Shown: positions 19,053 to 29,582 of the stretch, piece after piece | How positions within the stretch are numbered: position 1 is the first letter of the stretch | Layout of the letters: the number at the start of each line of letters is the position of its first letter | Source: Coleofasciculus sp. B1-GNL1-01 | GTDB taxonomy: Bacteria; Cyanobacteriota; Cyanobacteriia; Cyanobacteriales; Coleofasciculaceae | Assembly (NCBI GenBank): GCA_040220235.1 | Contig: JAVJTO010000026.1 | Length of the DNA: 64,000 nt | Strand: one strand, 5' to 3' | Notes under the pieces: model-generated | Seen by the model: only the letters and a program-made list of their open reading frames with translations | What the model was told of the DNA's origin: nothing | Database searches by the model: none | Made by a program: the position numbers and the translations under genes

Positions 19053-20771
19053 ATGACTTCACAAGCACCCAATCCCATCTGGATTTACGACACAACACTG
19101 CGGGACGGTTCCCAGCGTGAAGGACTCTCCTTGTCCATCGAAGACAAACTCCGCATCGCCCGCCAACTCGACCAATTAGGGATTCCCTTCATCGAAGGCG
19201 GTTGGCCCGGTGCTAATCCCAAAGACGTGCAATTTTTCTGGCGACTCAAAGAAGAACCCTTAACCCAAGCAGAAATTGTCGCCTTTTGCTCAACGCGACG
19301 CCCTCATAAAACGGCGGCTGATGATCCGATGCTACAAGCAATTTTGGCAGCAGGGACACATTGGGTGACTATCTTTGGTAAGTCTTGGGATCTCCATGTC
19401 ACTGAAGGGTTAGGTACTACCCTTGACGAAAACCTGGCAATGATTCGCGACACTATAGAATACCTTCGCAGTCAAGGGCGGCGAGTGATTTATGATGCCG
19501 AACATTGGTTTGATGGGTACAAAAATAACCCAGATTACGCCCTGAAAACCCTGAAAACTGCCATGGATGCAGGGGCTGAATGGTTAGTCTTTTGCGACAC
19601 CAATGGCGGAACTCTACCCCATGAAATTGGTCAAATTGTCCGAGATGTGATTGAACGTTTAGAACTCAACCCTGAAAACCAAGGAAGGGCGGGTTTTGAA
19701 CCGACGTTATCACCAACAACAGAAACAGAACCCTTAGAGACGCGCCATGGCGCGTCTCTACATTCGCCTCGATTGGGTATTCACACCCACAATGACTCCG
19801 ATACCGCCGTGGCGAATGCGTTGATGAGTGTGGTGGAAGGCGTCTGTATGGTTCAGGGAACGATGAACGGCTATGGTGAACGCTGTGGTAATGCGAATCT
19901 GTGTTCCTTGATTCCTAACTTACAGATCAAGCTAGGGTATCACTGTATGCAAGAGGAACAATTAGCTACATTGACTCAAGTCAGTCGTTCCATTAGTGAA
20001 ATCGTTAATTTAGCGCCTGATGACCATGCTGCATTTGTCGGTCGGTCAGCATTTGCCCATAAAGGCGGGATTCACGTTTCCGCCGTTGAACGAAATCCAC
20101 TCACCTACGAACATATTCCGCCCCAACAGGTGGGTAATCAGCGAAGGATTGTGATTTCTGACCAATCTGGACTCAGTAATGTTCTGGCAAAAGCCAAGAG
20201 TTTTGGACATGAACTGCACAAACAAGACGCCGCCTGTCGCCAAATCTTGGGACGCCTGAAAGAGTTGGAAAATGAGGGCTATCAATTTGAAGCCGCCGAA
20301 GCCAGTTTTGATTTACTAATGCGAGACGCCCTCGGGCAGAAACAGCAGCACTTTGAACTGAAAGGGTTTCAGGTTCACAGTGACATGCTTCAAGGTATTG
20401 GCACGCCTTACAGTAATGCGATGGCGACAATTAAGGTTACGGTTAATGGTGAGGATATTTTAGAAGTGGCGGAAGGCAATGGACCCGTATCAGCACTGGA
20501 TGCCGCGTTACGGAAAGCCCTGGTGCGATTTTATCCAGAGATAGGAACCTTTTACCTGACCGACTATAAAGTGCGGATTTTGGATGGTGCGGCTGGCACA
20601 TCAGCAAAAACTCGTGTGCTGGTGGAATCGAGTAATGGCAAGCAGCGCTGGACGACAGTGGGTGTTTCTGCCAATATCCTAGAAGCGTCTTATCAAGCGG
20701 TGGTTGAGGGGATTGAATATGGTCTGTTGTTACAGTCGGCTGTGAAGACAGCGGTTGAACAGAAGGTGTGA
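19053..20771 (+). CDS. cimA: Citramalate synthase (alpha-IPM synthase family)
   Basis: YDTTLRDGSQ, EGGWPGANPKD, HTHND, GYGERCGN, LeuA-type regulatory C-terminus. Confidence 0.92.
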   Translation: MTSQAPNPIWIYDTTLRDGSQREGLSLSIEDKLRIARQLDQLGIPFIEGGWPGANPKDVQFFWRLKEEPLTQAEIVAFCSTRRPHKTAADDPMLQAILAAGTHWVTIFGKSWDLHVTEGLGTTLDENLAMIRDTIEYLRSQGRRVIYDAEHWFDGYKNNPDYALKTLKTAMDAGAEWLVFCDTNGGTLPHEIGQIVRDVIERLELNPENQGRAGFEPTLSPTTETEPLETRHGASLHSPRLGIHTHNDSDTAVANALMSVVEGVCMVQGTMNGYGERCGNANLCSLIPNLQIKLGYHCMQEEQLATLTQVSRSISEIVNLAPDDHAAFVGRSAFAHKGGIHVSAVERNPLTYEHIPPQQVGNQRRIVISDQSGLSNVLAKAKSFGHELHKQDAACRQILGRLKELENEGYQFEAAEASFDLLMRDALGQKQQHFELKGFQVHSDMLQGIGTPYSNAMATIKVTVNGEDILEVAEGNGPVSALDAALRKALVRFYPEIGTFYLTDYKVRILDGAAGTSAKTRVLVESSNGKQRWTTVGVSANILEASYQAVVEGIEYGLLLQSAVKTAVEQKV

Positions 20772-20773
20772 AC

Positions 20774-20806
20774 TAAGTAGGTGGGGACAATTAAAGTTAA
20801 CGGTGG
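20774..20806 (+). mobile_element. IS/MITE-end-like repeat
   Basis: TAAGTAGGTGGGGACAATTAAAGTTAACGG; relatives at ~10932-10963 (minus strand) and ~48839-48863. Confidence 0.5.
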
Positions 20807-21023
20807 GGATCGTCATTCGTCATTTGTCTTATGTCATTTGTAAGGGTTCGAGGCTTGTTAACATAACTTAATCTGAAGTTCCCCCAACCAAAAAATCTTG
20901 CACTGCCTCACCGTGAAGCTTTCCGCGATTTTTTAGTCGTCCTAACATGGGGGCGATTTTTGAGGATGTTGAGCTTCCCCCGCTCCCAGACGTGCCGTGG
21001 CACGTCTCTACATTGCTTCCCCC

Positions 21024-21075
21024 GCTTCCCCAGCTCCCCCAGCTCCCCCAGCTTCCTCAGCTTCCCCAGCTTCCC
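21024..21075. repeat. 9-bp short tandem repeat (CCCCAGCTY)
   Basis: Repeated CTTCCCCAG/CTCCCCCAG; also at ~18591-18628 and ~48937-48968. Confidence 0.8.
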
Positions 21076-21279
21076 TTAACGGCAGCCATTCCAGGGGCAA
21101 TGGTAGTGATTTCCGTACATTTTTCTAAAAAGGGTTGCGTAAAGGTCCTCGGATGGGTTATAAGGGTATGGTAATGCTTCCTTGCCGAGAGCCAACTCTA
21201 CGAACCGGCAAAAATAAATAACAGGAAGCGTTTTTTTGATCCAAGCATTTGCAAAAGTTATTTCGAGAAAATTGAGAGT

Positions 21280-21498
21280 ATGACTCAGCAAGTTACTCAC
21301 CCCATGGTGAAGATGCAGCGTCAGGTGCGTTCACTCGTGGACTCCAAGATAATCAAACCCAGCGACAGTATATGGAAAATCGCCCTGTTATATGGCGACG
21401 ACTGGTCGTTCTGGAAAAAGGAACTCATCGAATTTGGCTTCACCATGCAAGATCCAATTGGTGATTTACTCGCCGTGGAAGCTTGGGATGAAGAATAA
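21280..21498 (+). CDS. DUF4327-family small protein
   Basis: HPMVKMQRQVRSLVDS...DSIWKIALLYGDDW. Confidence 0.8.
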   Translation: MTQQVTHPMVKMQRQVRSLVDSKIIKPSDSIWKIALLYGDDWSFWKKELIEFGFTMQDPIGDLLAVEAWDEE

Positions 21499-21552
21499 GA
21501 TGTCCTGACCTCTTACAGTTAACGACGATCGGCGATCGCGCCAGCCAAAGCT

Positions 21553-22779
21553 CTAGCGACAAGCGTCTAAGGCGTTGGCAAGCTCTTTCGCCGTTTGGTA
21601 GCGATCGCACACTTTGAGTTGGCATACCCGGTCGATTACTTCCCGTAACGCGGGAGTAATCGTGGGGGCTTTGGATAAGTCAAATCCATAGCCTAAACTA
21701 CGGCGGCGATAAAATTTAAGGGGAGTCATCCCAGTTAACAGAAAAATCAGGGTCGGACCAATGGCATAGAGATCGGATTGAGTGACTGGAGTCCCTCGAT
21801 CTTGTTCGGGGGCGCTATATCCTTCAGCACCAATTCGAGTTCCTGGCATTGTCCCGATCTCCTTCACTGCGCCAAAGTCAAGGACAACAATGCTATTGTC
21901 TCGATGACGTACCATCAGATTCGCGGGTTTAATATCCCGGTGAATTAAGGGCGGATCGCTGGAATGGATGTAATCAAGAACATCACAAGTTTGAATCATC
22001 CACTCAATGGCTTGATTTGGGGTAACGGGTCCAGCCATTAAAATCCGTTGCTCCAAATCTTGTCCGTGGATAAGCGCCATTGCCAAATATTTTTTACCCC
22101 CTTCGACAAAAAAGTCGTAATACTGAGGAATTCCGGGATGATGCAGGGCTTGTAAGGCACGCGCCTCTCGCTCAAACAGTTCTTGGGCTTTAGCAATTTG
22201 TGCCACATCCGCATTCATTTCTTTGAGGACGAGTAACGTCGGGCGTCCCTCGATTTTGCCTGTATTATCCCAGGCGAGATAGGTTGTCCCCATTCCTCCC
22301 TGTCCCAGGGTTCGTAACACTTGATAGTGGCGGATAACTCGTTGTACAGGGACTAAAGGTTGACCACAGTGAATACAAAATAAATTACCGGGAGGATTGC
22401 CCAGGTGAGTGCAAGACGGTTTAGATTTAGGCGTTGGCGAGACTAAGCCAGAATTGGGCTGAGAAACCGGGTTCAGTTCAAATTTGAGCATCGGTCCTTC
22501 TCGAGCCAGCCGAATCAAGCCCTGATTCGGGAGTGTCTCTCGTGATACCAGCACTCCATTGAGAAACGTGCCGTTGGTTCCCTGATTAACCAACTGCCAC
22601 TTATGTCCAGATTGGACGACGGTGACTCTCAATTCTAGGTGATGCCGAGATACTAACGGATTGTTTAGAATCACATCATTATCTGGCGATCGACCAATAC
22701 GAATTGTAGACTGGTTGTGGAATTTCCACTGTTGTAATGGAGTGGATGCCTGCGGATGTAGAAGGGTCAGCGTGACCAT
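21553..22779 (-). CDS. FHA - zinc ribbon - Ser/Thr protein kinase
   Basis: IGRSPDND/VSRHH/GTNGT FHA; FCIHCG; LGQGGMG, HRDIKPAN, DFG, APE. Confidence 0.93.
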   Translation of the reverse strand: MVTLTLLHPQASTPLQQWKFHNQSTIRIGRSPDNDVILNNPLVSRHHLELRVTVVQSGHKWQLVNQGTNGTFLNGVLVSRETLPNQGLIRLAREGPMLKFELNPVSQPNSGLVSPTPKSKPSCTHLGNPPGNLFCIHCGQPLVPVQRVIRHYQVLRTLGQGGMGTTYLAWDNTGKIEGRPTLLVLKEMNADVAQIAKAQELFEREARALQALHHPGIPQYYDFFVEGGKKYLAMALIHGQDLEQRILMAGPVTPNQAIEWMIQTCDVLDYIHSSDPPLIHRDIKPANLMVRHRDNSIVVLDFGAVKEIGTMPGTRIGAEGYSAPEQDRGTPVTQSDLYAIGPTLIFLLTGMTPLKFYRRRSLGYGFDLSKAPTITPALREVIDRVCQLKVCDRYQTAKELANALDACR

Positions 22780-23486
22780 AGTCCTCAGTTTTTTGTCCTT
22801 AACTCACAGGGCTTGTTTCAATGTATTGGCGGGAGTCCCTTGAGCCAAACTCTGGCTCTTGAAGCCCGGTTTGGTATCCGTGGTTTATTATTTAGACGGA
22901 TTACTGGTACTCGTGGCATAAAAAATAATCTAGTCCTTAATTAAAGTTAGTCGCTCCCGTCCTTTTTAGCGATTAGGATTCCTCTGAGTCCTTGATGAAC
23001 CCACCGATGCACCTGCCATAGCAGAAGATAGAAGGTTCCAGGGCAGAAGGCAAAAGGTTTCTTACTGGTACGTAATCGTTTCAGCCATTTAATCTGTCCT
23101 AACCTTTATGGCGACAGCTATATATAAAATTAATACAATTCCCACATAGCCGGACATTGAGGTTTACTTACAGCTTCGACTAGGGCTGTTGTTAGTCTCC
23201 CAATACTGCTCGCATAAGCTCTAATTTAATTTTTTCTCCCAGACGTTCCACCGGAACGCCTCTACATGCACCCCTGCTTCCCCTGCTCCCCTATCCCTTG
23301 CAGTATTGTCTCAATTCCTTGTTCCTGTTCCCCGTTTCCCAAAATGATGTACAAACAGGCATTATACTCAATCCCGGTTAACTACACCCGTTTGGGTAGG
23401 GACAAGACTCTAGGACACAAGGCAGATGGTTCCAAGCTAAAAAATTTGGTATGACCAATGACGAATCACAAATGACCAATCATCAA

Positions 23487-25676
23487 TCACCAACTCCGTT
23501 GCTGAAAATTAGGTCGCACTTTTACTCGGATGAGTATCGCTGTGATGTTGTCATGACCATTCTGCTCATTGGCTAGGTCAACTAGCTGTAGGATACCCTG
23601 CTCAAGGTTAGCGCGAGAACTGAGCAAAGGAGCCAGGTGGGTCTGCCAGTTATTCTCGATAAGTTCATTATCGGACAACCCATCGGAACATAGAACGAAT
23701 AAGGTATCCTCATTCAGTTCCAAAAAATTGATGTCAGGATTAACAAACTGGTCGCTGCGGGGTCCTAAAGCTTGAGTGAGTTGATAAGCATCCGGGCGAG
23801 AATAGGCGATCGCTTCTTCTACGCCGCGTTTCATTTCCCGTTGACCGACTTCATGGTCTACGGTGAGTTGCTCTAAACCACCTTTTCGGGTTAACCGATA
23901 AAGACGACTATCGCCAACATGGGCGATCGCGACGTTGGTATTCTGAACCAACATCATTGCCAAAGTTGTCCCCATACGACCACTGCCTGATCGCGCATTT
24001 TGTTGGTTGACATCATAAATGTCCTGGTTAGTTAAGCGCACCGCTTCGCGAATACTTTCTTCTGTGGGTAACTCATCTTGCCAATGGTCTTGAAAATACG
24101 CCTCCAGCTTCTCCACCGCCATAGAACTCGCCACTTCTCCGGCAGCATGTCCACCCATTCCATCACAGAGGATATAAAGACCGCGAGCGTCTAAGGTTCG
24201 ACCTATGGGGGTTTCGTGCTTTTTCACCTGTGCCTGAATACCAAAGCAGTCTTCATTGTGATCCCGTTGACGACCAATATCCGTGCAGCCAACATCGTCA
24301 AGGCTGAGTAATTGCATGGGTAGAACAACCGTAGGACCACCATCGTCGTAGCTACCCACGTCTGCTGTGGGCATTTCCAGAAAACTCATCGCCTCTTCAG
24401 ACAGGGGTTCAGCCATATCTAAGGTAACTGCCGTTGCCTGTTCTTCTTGTGCTTCTTCTTCAGCGTGAGCGATCGCTTCTAACTCGGATCGCAATTGGTC
24501 AATCGTGGTAATTTCCTGGGTACACATCTGCCGAAATACCGTCCCCAATGAGGTCAGTTGAGTCCGTTGCGACTGATTAAATAACAACCGCCACATCTGC
24601 CCCAAATCCTCTAAGATTGGTGGATCGTCTTCCGGATCACGATAGAGGCGCTCTAGCCCCAACACCTGGTCTTCATCGACTCGTAAATTGGTGATTTCTA
24701 GTAGACTTTGGCGACAATTCCACGGTTCAAGTGCCTGCCAAAGTCGTGCCATTTCATCAAGCCAATACAATAACTGTAAGGTCGATAACGCTTCACTGCC
24801 CCACAAGTCACTGAGAAGCTGCCAGCTTGAGCGATCTTCAAGTAACATCACCGCCTGATTATCCTGCTGCCACGCATCATGAACCTCTGGCACAGTCGGG
24901 TAATGGTTTTGTTTCAACGCCACATAGGGTTTTGCGATCGCCGGAATTCCCAGGATTGACGAGGATTGGGACGGAGATTTCTCTGATTGTTGTTCCAGTA
25001 GGGCTTCCAGAAGTGATTTCTGAAAGGGCTGGCAGTCCAACACTTTGACAAACGTTTCCGATCCGGCGGGGGCATTCGCTAAGGTGTCGCGATTTAGGGG
25101 TTCGATAAGTCGGTAACGTTGTTGAGCATCCAGATAGGCGATCGGGGGAGCAGTGTAGGCATCACTTGCCTCAGATGTCGCTGTCGATGAAGCTTCGGTT
25201 GAGTTTGGCTCTACCTGATCCGTCTGTGATGTGGCTTGAGCCTCTTGATCAGATTCAGCTGTGGATTGTGCCGTTAACATCGAACTCTTTGCCGTTTCTG
25301 GCTGATCCGTTTCCTGAGACAGCGCCTCAGAATCGGCTTTGGGATCATCGGGAATTGCGGCGGATGTTGATTCACTCTCTTGGGTTGGTGTGGGTTGAGT
25401 CGAGGACTCCAGATCCATTGGGCTAGCCATTGGCTCAGAATCGGTGGAAGCATCCTCTGGAGCCGAGGTTGAGGTTACGCCATACTCTGGCTCTTTGGCA
25501 ATCATTGCCCACCAAACCGTTCCCGTAAACGCACCGCAATTATGGCAGGTTTCAGCATTAACGGGAACTTGGGTATCGCATTCAGGACACAGTTTATGGA
25601 TCAAGGAAGTTCCACATCGCTGACAAAACTTGTGAGTATTCGGGTTTTCAAAATGACACTGGGGACAAATTAACAT
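23487..25676 (-). CDS. Double zinc ribbon + PP2C Ser/Thr phosphatase
   Basis: CPQC/CQRC/CPEC/CHNC; RDHNED, CDGMGGH, HVGDSR, CSDGL, GHDNIT. Confidence 0.93.
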   Translation of the reverse strand: MLICPQCHFENPNTHKFCQRCGTSLIHKLCPECDTQVPVNAETCHNCGAFTGTVWWAMIAKEPEYGVTSTSAPEDASTDSEPMASPMDLESSTQPTPTQESESTSAAIPDDPKADSEALSQETDQPETAKSSMLTAQSTAESDQEAQATSQTDQVEPNSTEASSTATSEASDAYTAPPIAYLDAQQRYRLIEPLNRDTLANAPAGSETFVKVLDCQPFQKSLLEALLEQQSEKSPSQSSSILGIPAIAKPYVALKQNHYPTVPEVHDAWQQDNQAVMLLEDRSSWQLLSDLWGSEALSTLQLLYWLDEMARLWQALEPWNCRQSLLEITNLRVDEDQVLGLERLYRDPEDDPPILEDLGQMWRLLFNQSQRTQLTSLGTVFRQMCTQEITTIDQLRSELEAIAHAEEEAQEEQATAVTLDMAEPLSEEAMSFLEMPTADVGSYDDGGPTVVLPMQLLSLDDVGCTDIGRQRDHNEDCFGIQAQVKKHETPIGRTLDARGLYILCDGMGGHAAGEVASSMAVEKLEAYFQDHWQDELPTEESIREAVRLTNQDIYDVNQQNARSGSGRMGTTLAMMLVQNTNVAIAHVGDSRLYRLTRKGGLEQLTVDHEVGQREMKRGVEEAIAYSRPDAYQLTQALGPRSDQFVNPDINFLELNEDTLFVLCSDGLSDNELIENNWQTHLAPLLSSRANLEQGILQLVDLANEQNGHDNITAILIRVKVRPNFQQRSW

Positions 25677-25957
25677 AACGGAACTTCCTCAATTCCTATC
25701 GGGTTTCTAAGGCTGGGATTATAAGCTTGCTGCCATCTAGTTTGCCACGCCAGAATCAAAGGTTGCAGCTTTTAAGGGAGTTGTGATCGAGTGCAAAGGC
25801 GCAGGAGAGCCGCATTGACAAGGGAGTTACCTTAAAACTCAACCAAGGTGGGTTTAGTGTAGAGACGCGCCATGGCGCGTCTGTAATAAGGGATGTCTCC
25901 CAAACGTTATCGGTAAAACCCGCTCCTACAGACGCTGCCAAAGCATGTCTGGAACAC

Positions 25958-26542
25958 TCAAAACTTCACCAGTTTCTGGAGAGAGACAAGTTCCGGGGGC
26001 GTTAAATCACGCCACTGACCCGGTTGTAACCCATCCAGACGCAGATGAGCGATCGCGACCCGTATTAATCGTAAGGTGGGAAATCCCACGGCTGCTGTCA
26101 TGCGCCGTACTTGACGGTTACGCCCTTCGGTCAAGGTGATTTCTAACCAGCAAGTCGGTACAGTTTTGCGAAAGCGAATCGGGGGATCGCGGGGGGGTAG
26201 ATCGGGTTCTTGTGATAATCGCTGCACTTGAGCTTTTCTGGTCTGATAATCTTTAATCACTACACCCTGGCGCAATTGATTCAAGGCAGCTTCATCGGGG
26301 ATACGTTCCACTTGCACCCAATAGGTACGGGGATGTCGAAAGCGCGGGTTAGAGAGACGGTGCTGCAAGCGTCCATGATTGGTCAACAAGAGCAATCCCT
26401 CGCTGTCTCGGTCAAGGCGTCCGACGGGGTAAACCTCCGACACCGGAATATAGTCTTTGAGCGTTCGACGGGGACTGTCCTCCCTATCCGTGAACTGACT
26501 TAAGACATCGTAGGGTTTGTAGAACAAAAGGTATCGATACAC
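25958..26542 (-). CDS. rluE: rRNA pseudouridine synthase (RluE-like)
   Basis: [34 protein letters not shown]. Confidence 0.85.
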   Translation of the reverse strand: MYRYLLFYKPYDVLSQFTDREDSPRRTLKDYIPVSEVYPVGRLDRDSEGLLLLTNHGRLQHRLSNPRFRHPRTYWVQVERIPDEAALNQLRQGVVIKDYQTRKAQVQRLSQEPDLPPRDPPIRFRKTVPTCWLEITLTEGRNRQVRRMTAAVGFPTLRLIRVAIAHLRLDGLQPGQWRDLTPPELVSLQKLVKF

Positions 26543-26562
26543 ATATTCAATCTTAACCGTTG

Positions 26563-27450
26563 TCAGTTAGAAGCTTCATCTGGGGAAGGGGGTAAATAAT
26601 CATTGAACCGTTGCTGGTCATAGAAATAAAGCGTGCGAATAGGATAGGGAATATTGATGTCGGCGTGATCAAAGGCTTTTTTAATCGCCATAATCGATCG
26701 AGTTTGCACCTGACGTACTCGTTGCTGCTGGGGTAACGTCCAATAGCGGACAACGAAATCAATGGAACTGTCGCCAAAGCTGACTAAATCGATTTCTGGT
26801 GAGGGCTGGGACAAGACGCCCTCGACCTGAGTAATGGTTTGCTTGAGCAGTTCAGCCGCTTCAGACAAGGGAGTATTGTAGTCAACGCCAACACCTAAAT
26901 CCGTTCGTCGTCGTCCGTAGGCGGTTCTGACTTGCACCGCACTGGTAAATACCGTTGCATTTGGCATGAGAATGCGTTCGCCTTGATAGGTACGAATTTG
27001 GGTGGTACGGATGTCAATCCTCTCCACCGTTCCTTCATAGTCCCCAATAATCACCTGATCATTGAGGCGAAACGGTTCTTGCACCAGTAATAGCACCCCA
27101 GCTAAGAAGTTTTTGAAGATATCTTGAAAGGCAAACCCAACGGCGACTGAACCCAACCCCAGCGCCGCGATAATGTCACCCAGGCGCAAGCCAGGAAAGG
27201 CAATAACACTAGCGGCTAAAATGCCAAGAACCCACGTTGTCACATAACTGACTTTCGACAGCAGCAGTTGCAGCGATGAGTTGCGGATTGTACGCTCTCC
27301 TATTTTAGCGGTGACTTGCTGGGCAGCTTCGGCGGCGTAGCGAGTCAACAGGAGAACGATCACTCCGCCGATAAGCCCCGGTAAGACCTCAATAGCAGAG
27401 CCAAGGAGATTGAGCAAGCTGGATTGGATTTTTTGAATAAGACGGTTCAC
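26563..27450 (-). CDS. MscS-family mechanosensitive channel
   Basis: [29 protein letters not shown]. Confidence 0.92.
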   Translation of the reverse strand: MNRLIQKIQSSLLNLLGSAIEVLPGLIGGVIVLLLTRYAAEAAQQVTAKIGERTIRNSSLQLLLSKVSYVTTWVLGILAASVIAFPGLRLGDIIAALGLGSVAVGFAFQDIFKNFLAGVLLLVQEPFRLNDQVIIGDYEGTVERIDIRTTQIRTYQGERILMPNATVFTSAVQVRTAYGRRRTDLGVGVDYNTPLSEAAELLKQTITQVEGVLSQPSPEIDLVSFGDSSIDFVVRYWTLPQQQRVRQVQTRSIMAIKKAFDHADINIPYPIRTLYFYDQQRFNDYLPPSPDEASN

Positions 27451-27761
27451 AGGTCGATCATGGACATATTTCTCTTGTTAACCTAGCAGCTACAGGGAAA
27501 CTGGTTTATGCCGATGGCAAAATTTTGCCAAAATTCCGCTAAAATGCTGAGATAATCGGGTTAAATCCGGCGTCTCATTCTGGCATGAGCTAAGGATGTT
27601 TCACTGGTGGTGGGAATTGTCCCTCTTTATCTGGTGTCTTGCCTGAGAGTAAATAGTAGGTAACATTTGCTGCCAGACAAAGCGGCTGGAGGAAAAGCCT
27701 CATTTGGCAAAACGGGGCAACCCTAATCCGCGCCTTATCCTTTTAGTGAGAGTTTAAAAAC

Positions 27762-28610
27762 ATGGGATCTCTTCTTTCATATTTTTTCGCACTGTTTTTA
27801 ATCGGCGGCGGCTACTATCTCGGTTCAATCAAAGTCATCAATCAGGGCAATCAGGCGATCGTTGAACGATTTGGGAAATATAAGAAAACCCTACAACCCG
27901 GTCTCCGACAGGTTTGGCTGGTGACTGAGCGCATTGCTGTAGAAGAAACCACTCGTGAGCAAGTTTTAGACACCGAACCCCAGCAGGCAATCACGAAAGA
28001 CAATATTTCTTTGGAAGTCGATGCAGTGGTGTTCTGGAGAATCAACAACCTCTATAAAGCCTACTACGATGTTGAAGATGTCAAGGAGGCAATTACAAAT
28101 TTAGTGCTCACGGCATTACGGTCGGAGATTGGCAGAATGAATTTAGATCAAACCTATTCATCCCGTTCTGAGATCAATGAAAATTTGTCTGTTTACCTCA
28201 AGGAAGCTGCCGATAGTTGGGGGGTAGAGGTTATCCGTGTGGAACTCCAAGAAATTAAACCCCCTCAGACTGTGCTACAGTCCTTGGAACAGGAACGAGC
28301 CGCAGAAAGTAAGAAAAAAGCGGCGATTTATGAGGCAGAGGGGGAGAGAGAAGCCGCGATCGCCCAAGCAGAGGGAACGGTGAAATCCCTAGAGATGATC
28401 TCAAAAGCGCTGCTCGAAAAGCCGAACAGTCAAGATGTACTCAAGTATTTGATTGCCACTCGTTATGTAGAAGCGAACGAAAAATTGGGAGAAAGTAACA
28501 ACTCCAAAATCGTATTCATGGACCCCAAAGCCTTGACTGAAGCGATGACTGATTTAATTGAGACTCCAGAATTACCAATCAAGAAGGATGGCGGAAATGG
28601 CTCGAATTAA
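27762..28610 (+). CDS. SPFH/stomatin-like protein
   Basis: VERFGKY, QQAITKDNI, RSEIG, WGVEVIRVEL. Confidence 0.92.
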   Translation: MGSLLSYFFALFLIGGGYYLGSIKVINQGNQAIVERFGKYKKTLQPGLRQVWLVTERIAVEETTREQVLDTEPQQAITKDNISLEVDAVVFWRINNLYKAYYDVEDVKEAITNLVLTALRSEIGRMNLDQTYSSRSEINENLSVYLKEAADSWGVEVIRVELQEIKPPQTVLQSLEQERAAESKKKAAIYEAEGEREAAIAQAEGTVKSLEMISKALLEKPNSQDVLKYLIATRYVEANEKLGESNNSKIVFMDPKALTEAMTDLIETPELPIKKDGGNGSN

Positions 28611-28777
28611 GCCTTCGGCTCAATAATTCCCCTCTTTGGCAGAAGCAGCAGCCAAAAGAGAAAGCCTGTTTGAGGGGCGGGTTTAGGCAAAATTTGTAGG
28701 GGCGGGTTTAGCCGCTAAATTAGACATCCACCGATAAATCCACAACAAAACCCGCCCTCCCCACCGATAAATCAACT

Positions 28778-28942
28778 CTAGTCCGTATCATCCTCCTCAG
28801 AAGTTGGAGTATTCATCTCTTCTTTAAAACCTTTAAGCGTTTTTCCTAATGCGCGACCCATATCTGGGATCTTCTTGGGACCAAAAATTACCAGGGCGAC
28901 AATTCCGATAATCGCCACTTCGGGCCATCCTAAGCCAAACAT
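28778..28942 (-). CDS. tatA: Twin-arginine translocase TatA/E subunit (54 aa, absent from the ORF track)
   Basis: MFGLGWPEVAIIGIVALVIFGPKKIPDMGRALGKTLKGFKEEMNTPTSEEDDTD. Confidence 0.92.
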   Translation of the reverse strand: MFGLGWPEVAIIGIVALVIFGPKKIPDMGRALGKTLKGFKEEMNTPTSEEDDTD

Positions 28943-28954
28943 ACTCGTCTACTC

Positions 28955-29320
28955 CTATCTACTCTGCTTACCTATATTGACATCATTGCCGACTTCCTGA
29001 GCTAACGAAGGAGCTGCACCACTTTGGGGATTTCCAGGTTCTTCGAGCCACCTTACACCAGCTAAGTCTTCGCTTTCCACCATCACACCATTCTTCCAGA
29101 TCTCATACTCGCTAATATCAATCTCCTCATTCCAGACAATTCCATATCCCTCTCGCTCAACCTTAAAATTCTTAAACAAAGCGGGTTGCCGGAGTGGAGA
29201 AAACATGGGGATATCTAAAAGATGACGAATATCGTATTTTTTAATCTCTTGATTGGTAAATTCAACAATTAAAGTAGTATCATTAGCGGCTTTAGCTTTG
29301 TAAATTCGGGGATATTTCAT
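28955..29320 (-). CDS. DUF2442-family protein (putative antitoxin)
   Basis: LIVEFTNQEIKKYD...FKNFKV...GIVWNEEIDI. Confidence 0.8.
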   Translation of the reverse strand: MKYPRIYKAKAANDTTLIVEFTNQEIKKYDIRHLLDIPMFSPLRQPALFKNFKVEREGYGIVWNEEIDISEYEIWKNGVMVESEDLAGVRWLEEPGNPQSGAAPSLAQEVGNDVNIGKQSR

Positions 29321-29347
29321 AGTATTACCAAGCCTAAACTTACTTTA

Positions 29348-29374
29348 TTACTTCAAAGGAGGTAGCTTACGGAA
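29348..29374 (-). pseudogene. 3' remnant of a DUF4160-type partner gene
   Basis: Reads FRKLPPLK* just upstream of the DUF2442 gene; nothing further upstream is recognisable. Confidence 0.5.
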
Positions 29375-29582
29375 ACATCTAGCAACTAGCTGACCACTTC
29401 ATTGTATCAAAGCCCTACCCTTACGATATCTACGCTGTGCGATCGCGGTTGACAATGCTACAACCTATAAGTGGACAGAGACAGGGACTAAGATTATGGC
29501 TATCCCAACGGAATCAGAAGCTGATATCCTAGACCTACTGCCTTATCCTGACTGGTTGAGGTTAATTGTTTAGGTTCAAGGA

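Noticed and set aside
20947..21174. ORF with PQLPQL repeats
   Set aside because: Translation of a 9-bp tandem repeat and a REP
27640..27740. Possible riboswitch upstream of the SPFH gene
   Set aside because: Could not fit it to any riboswitch consensus I know
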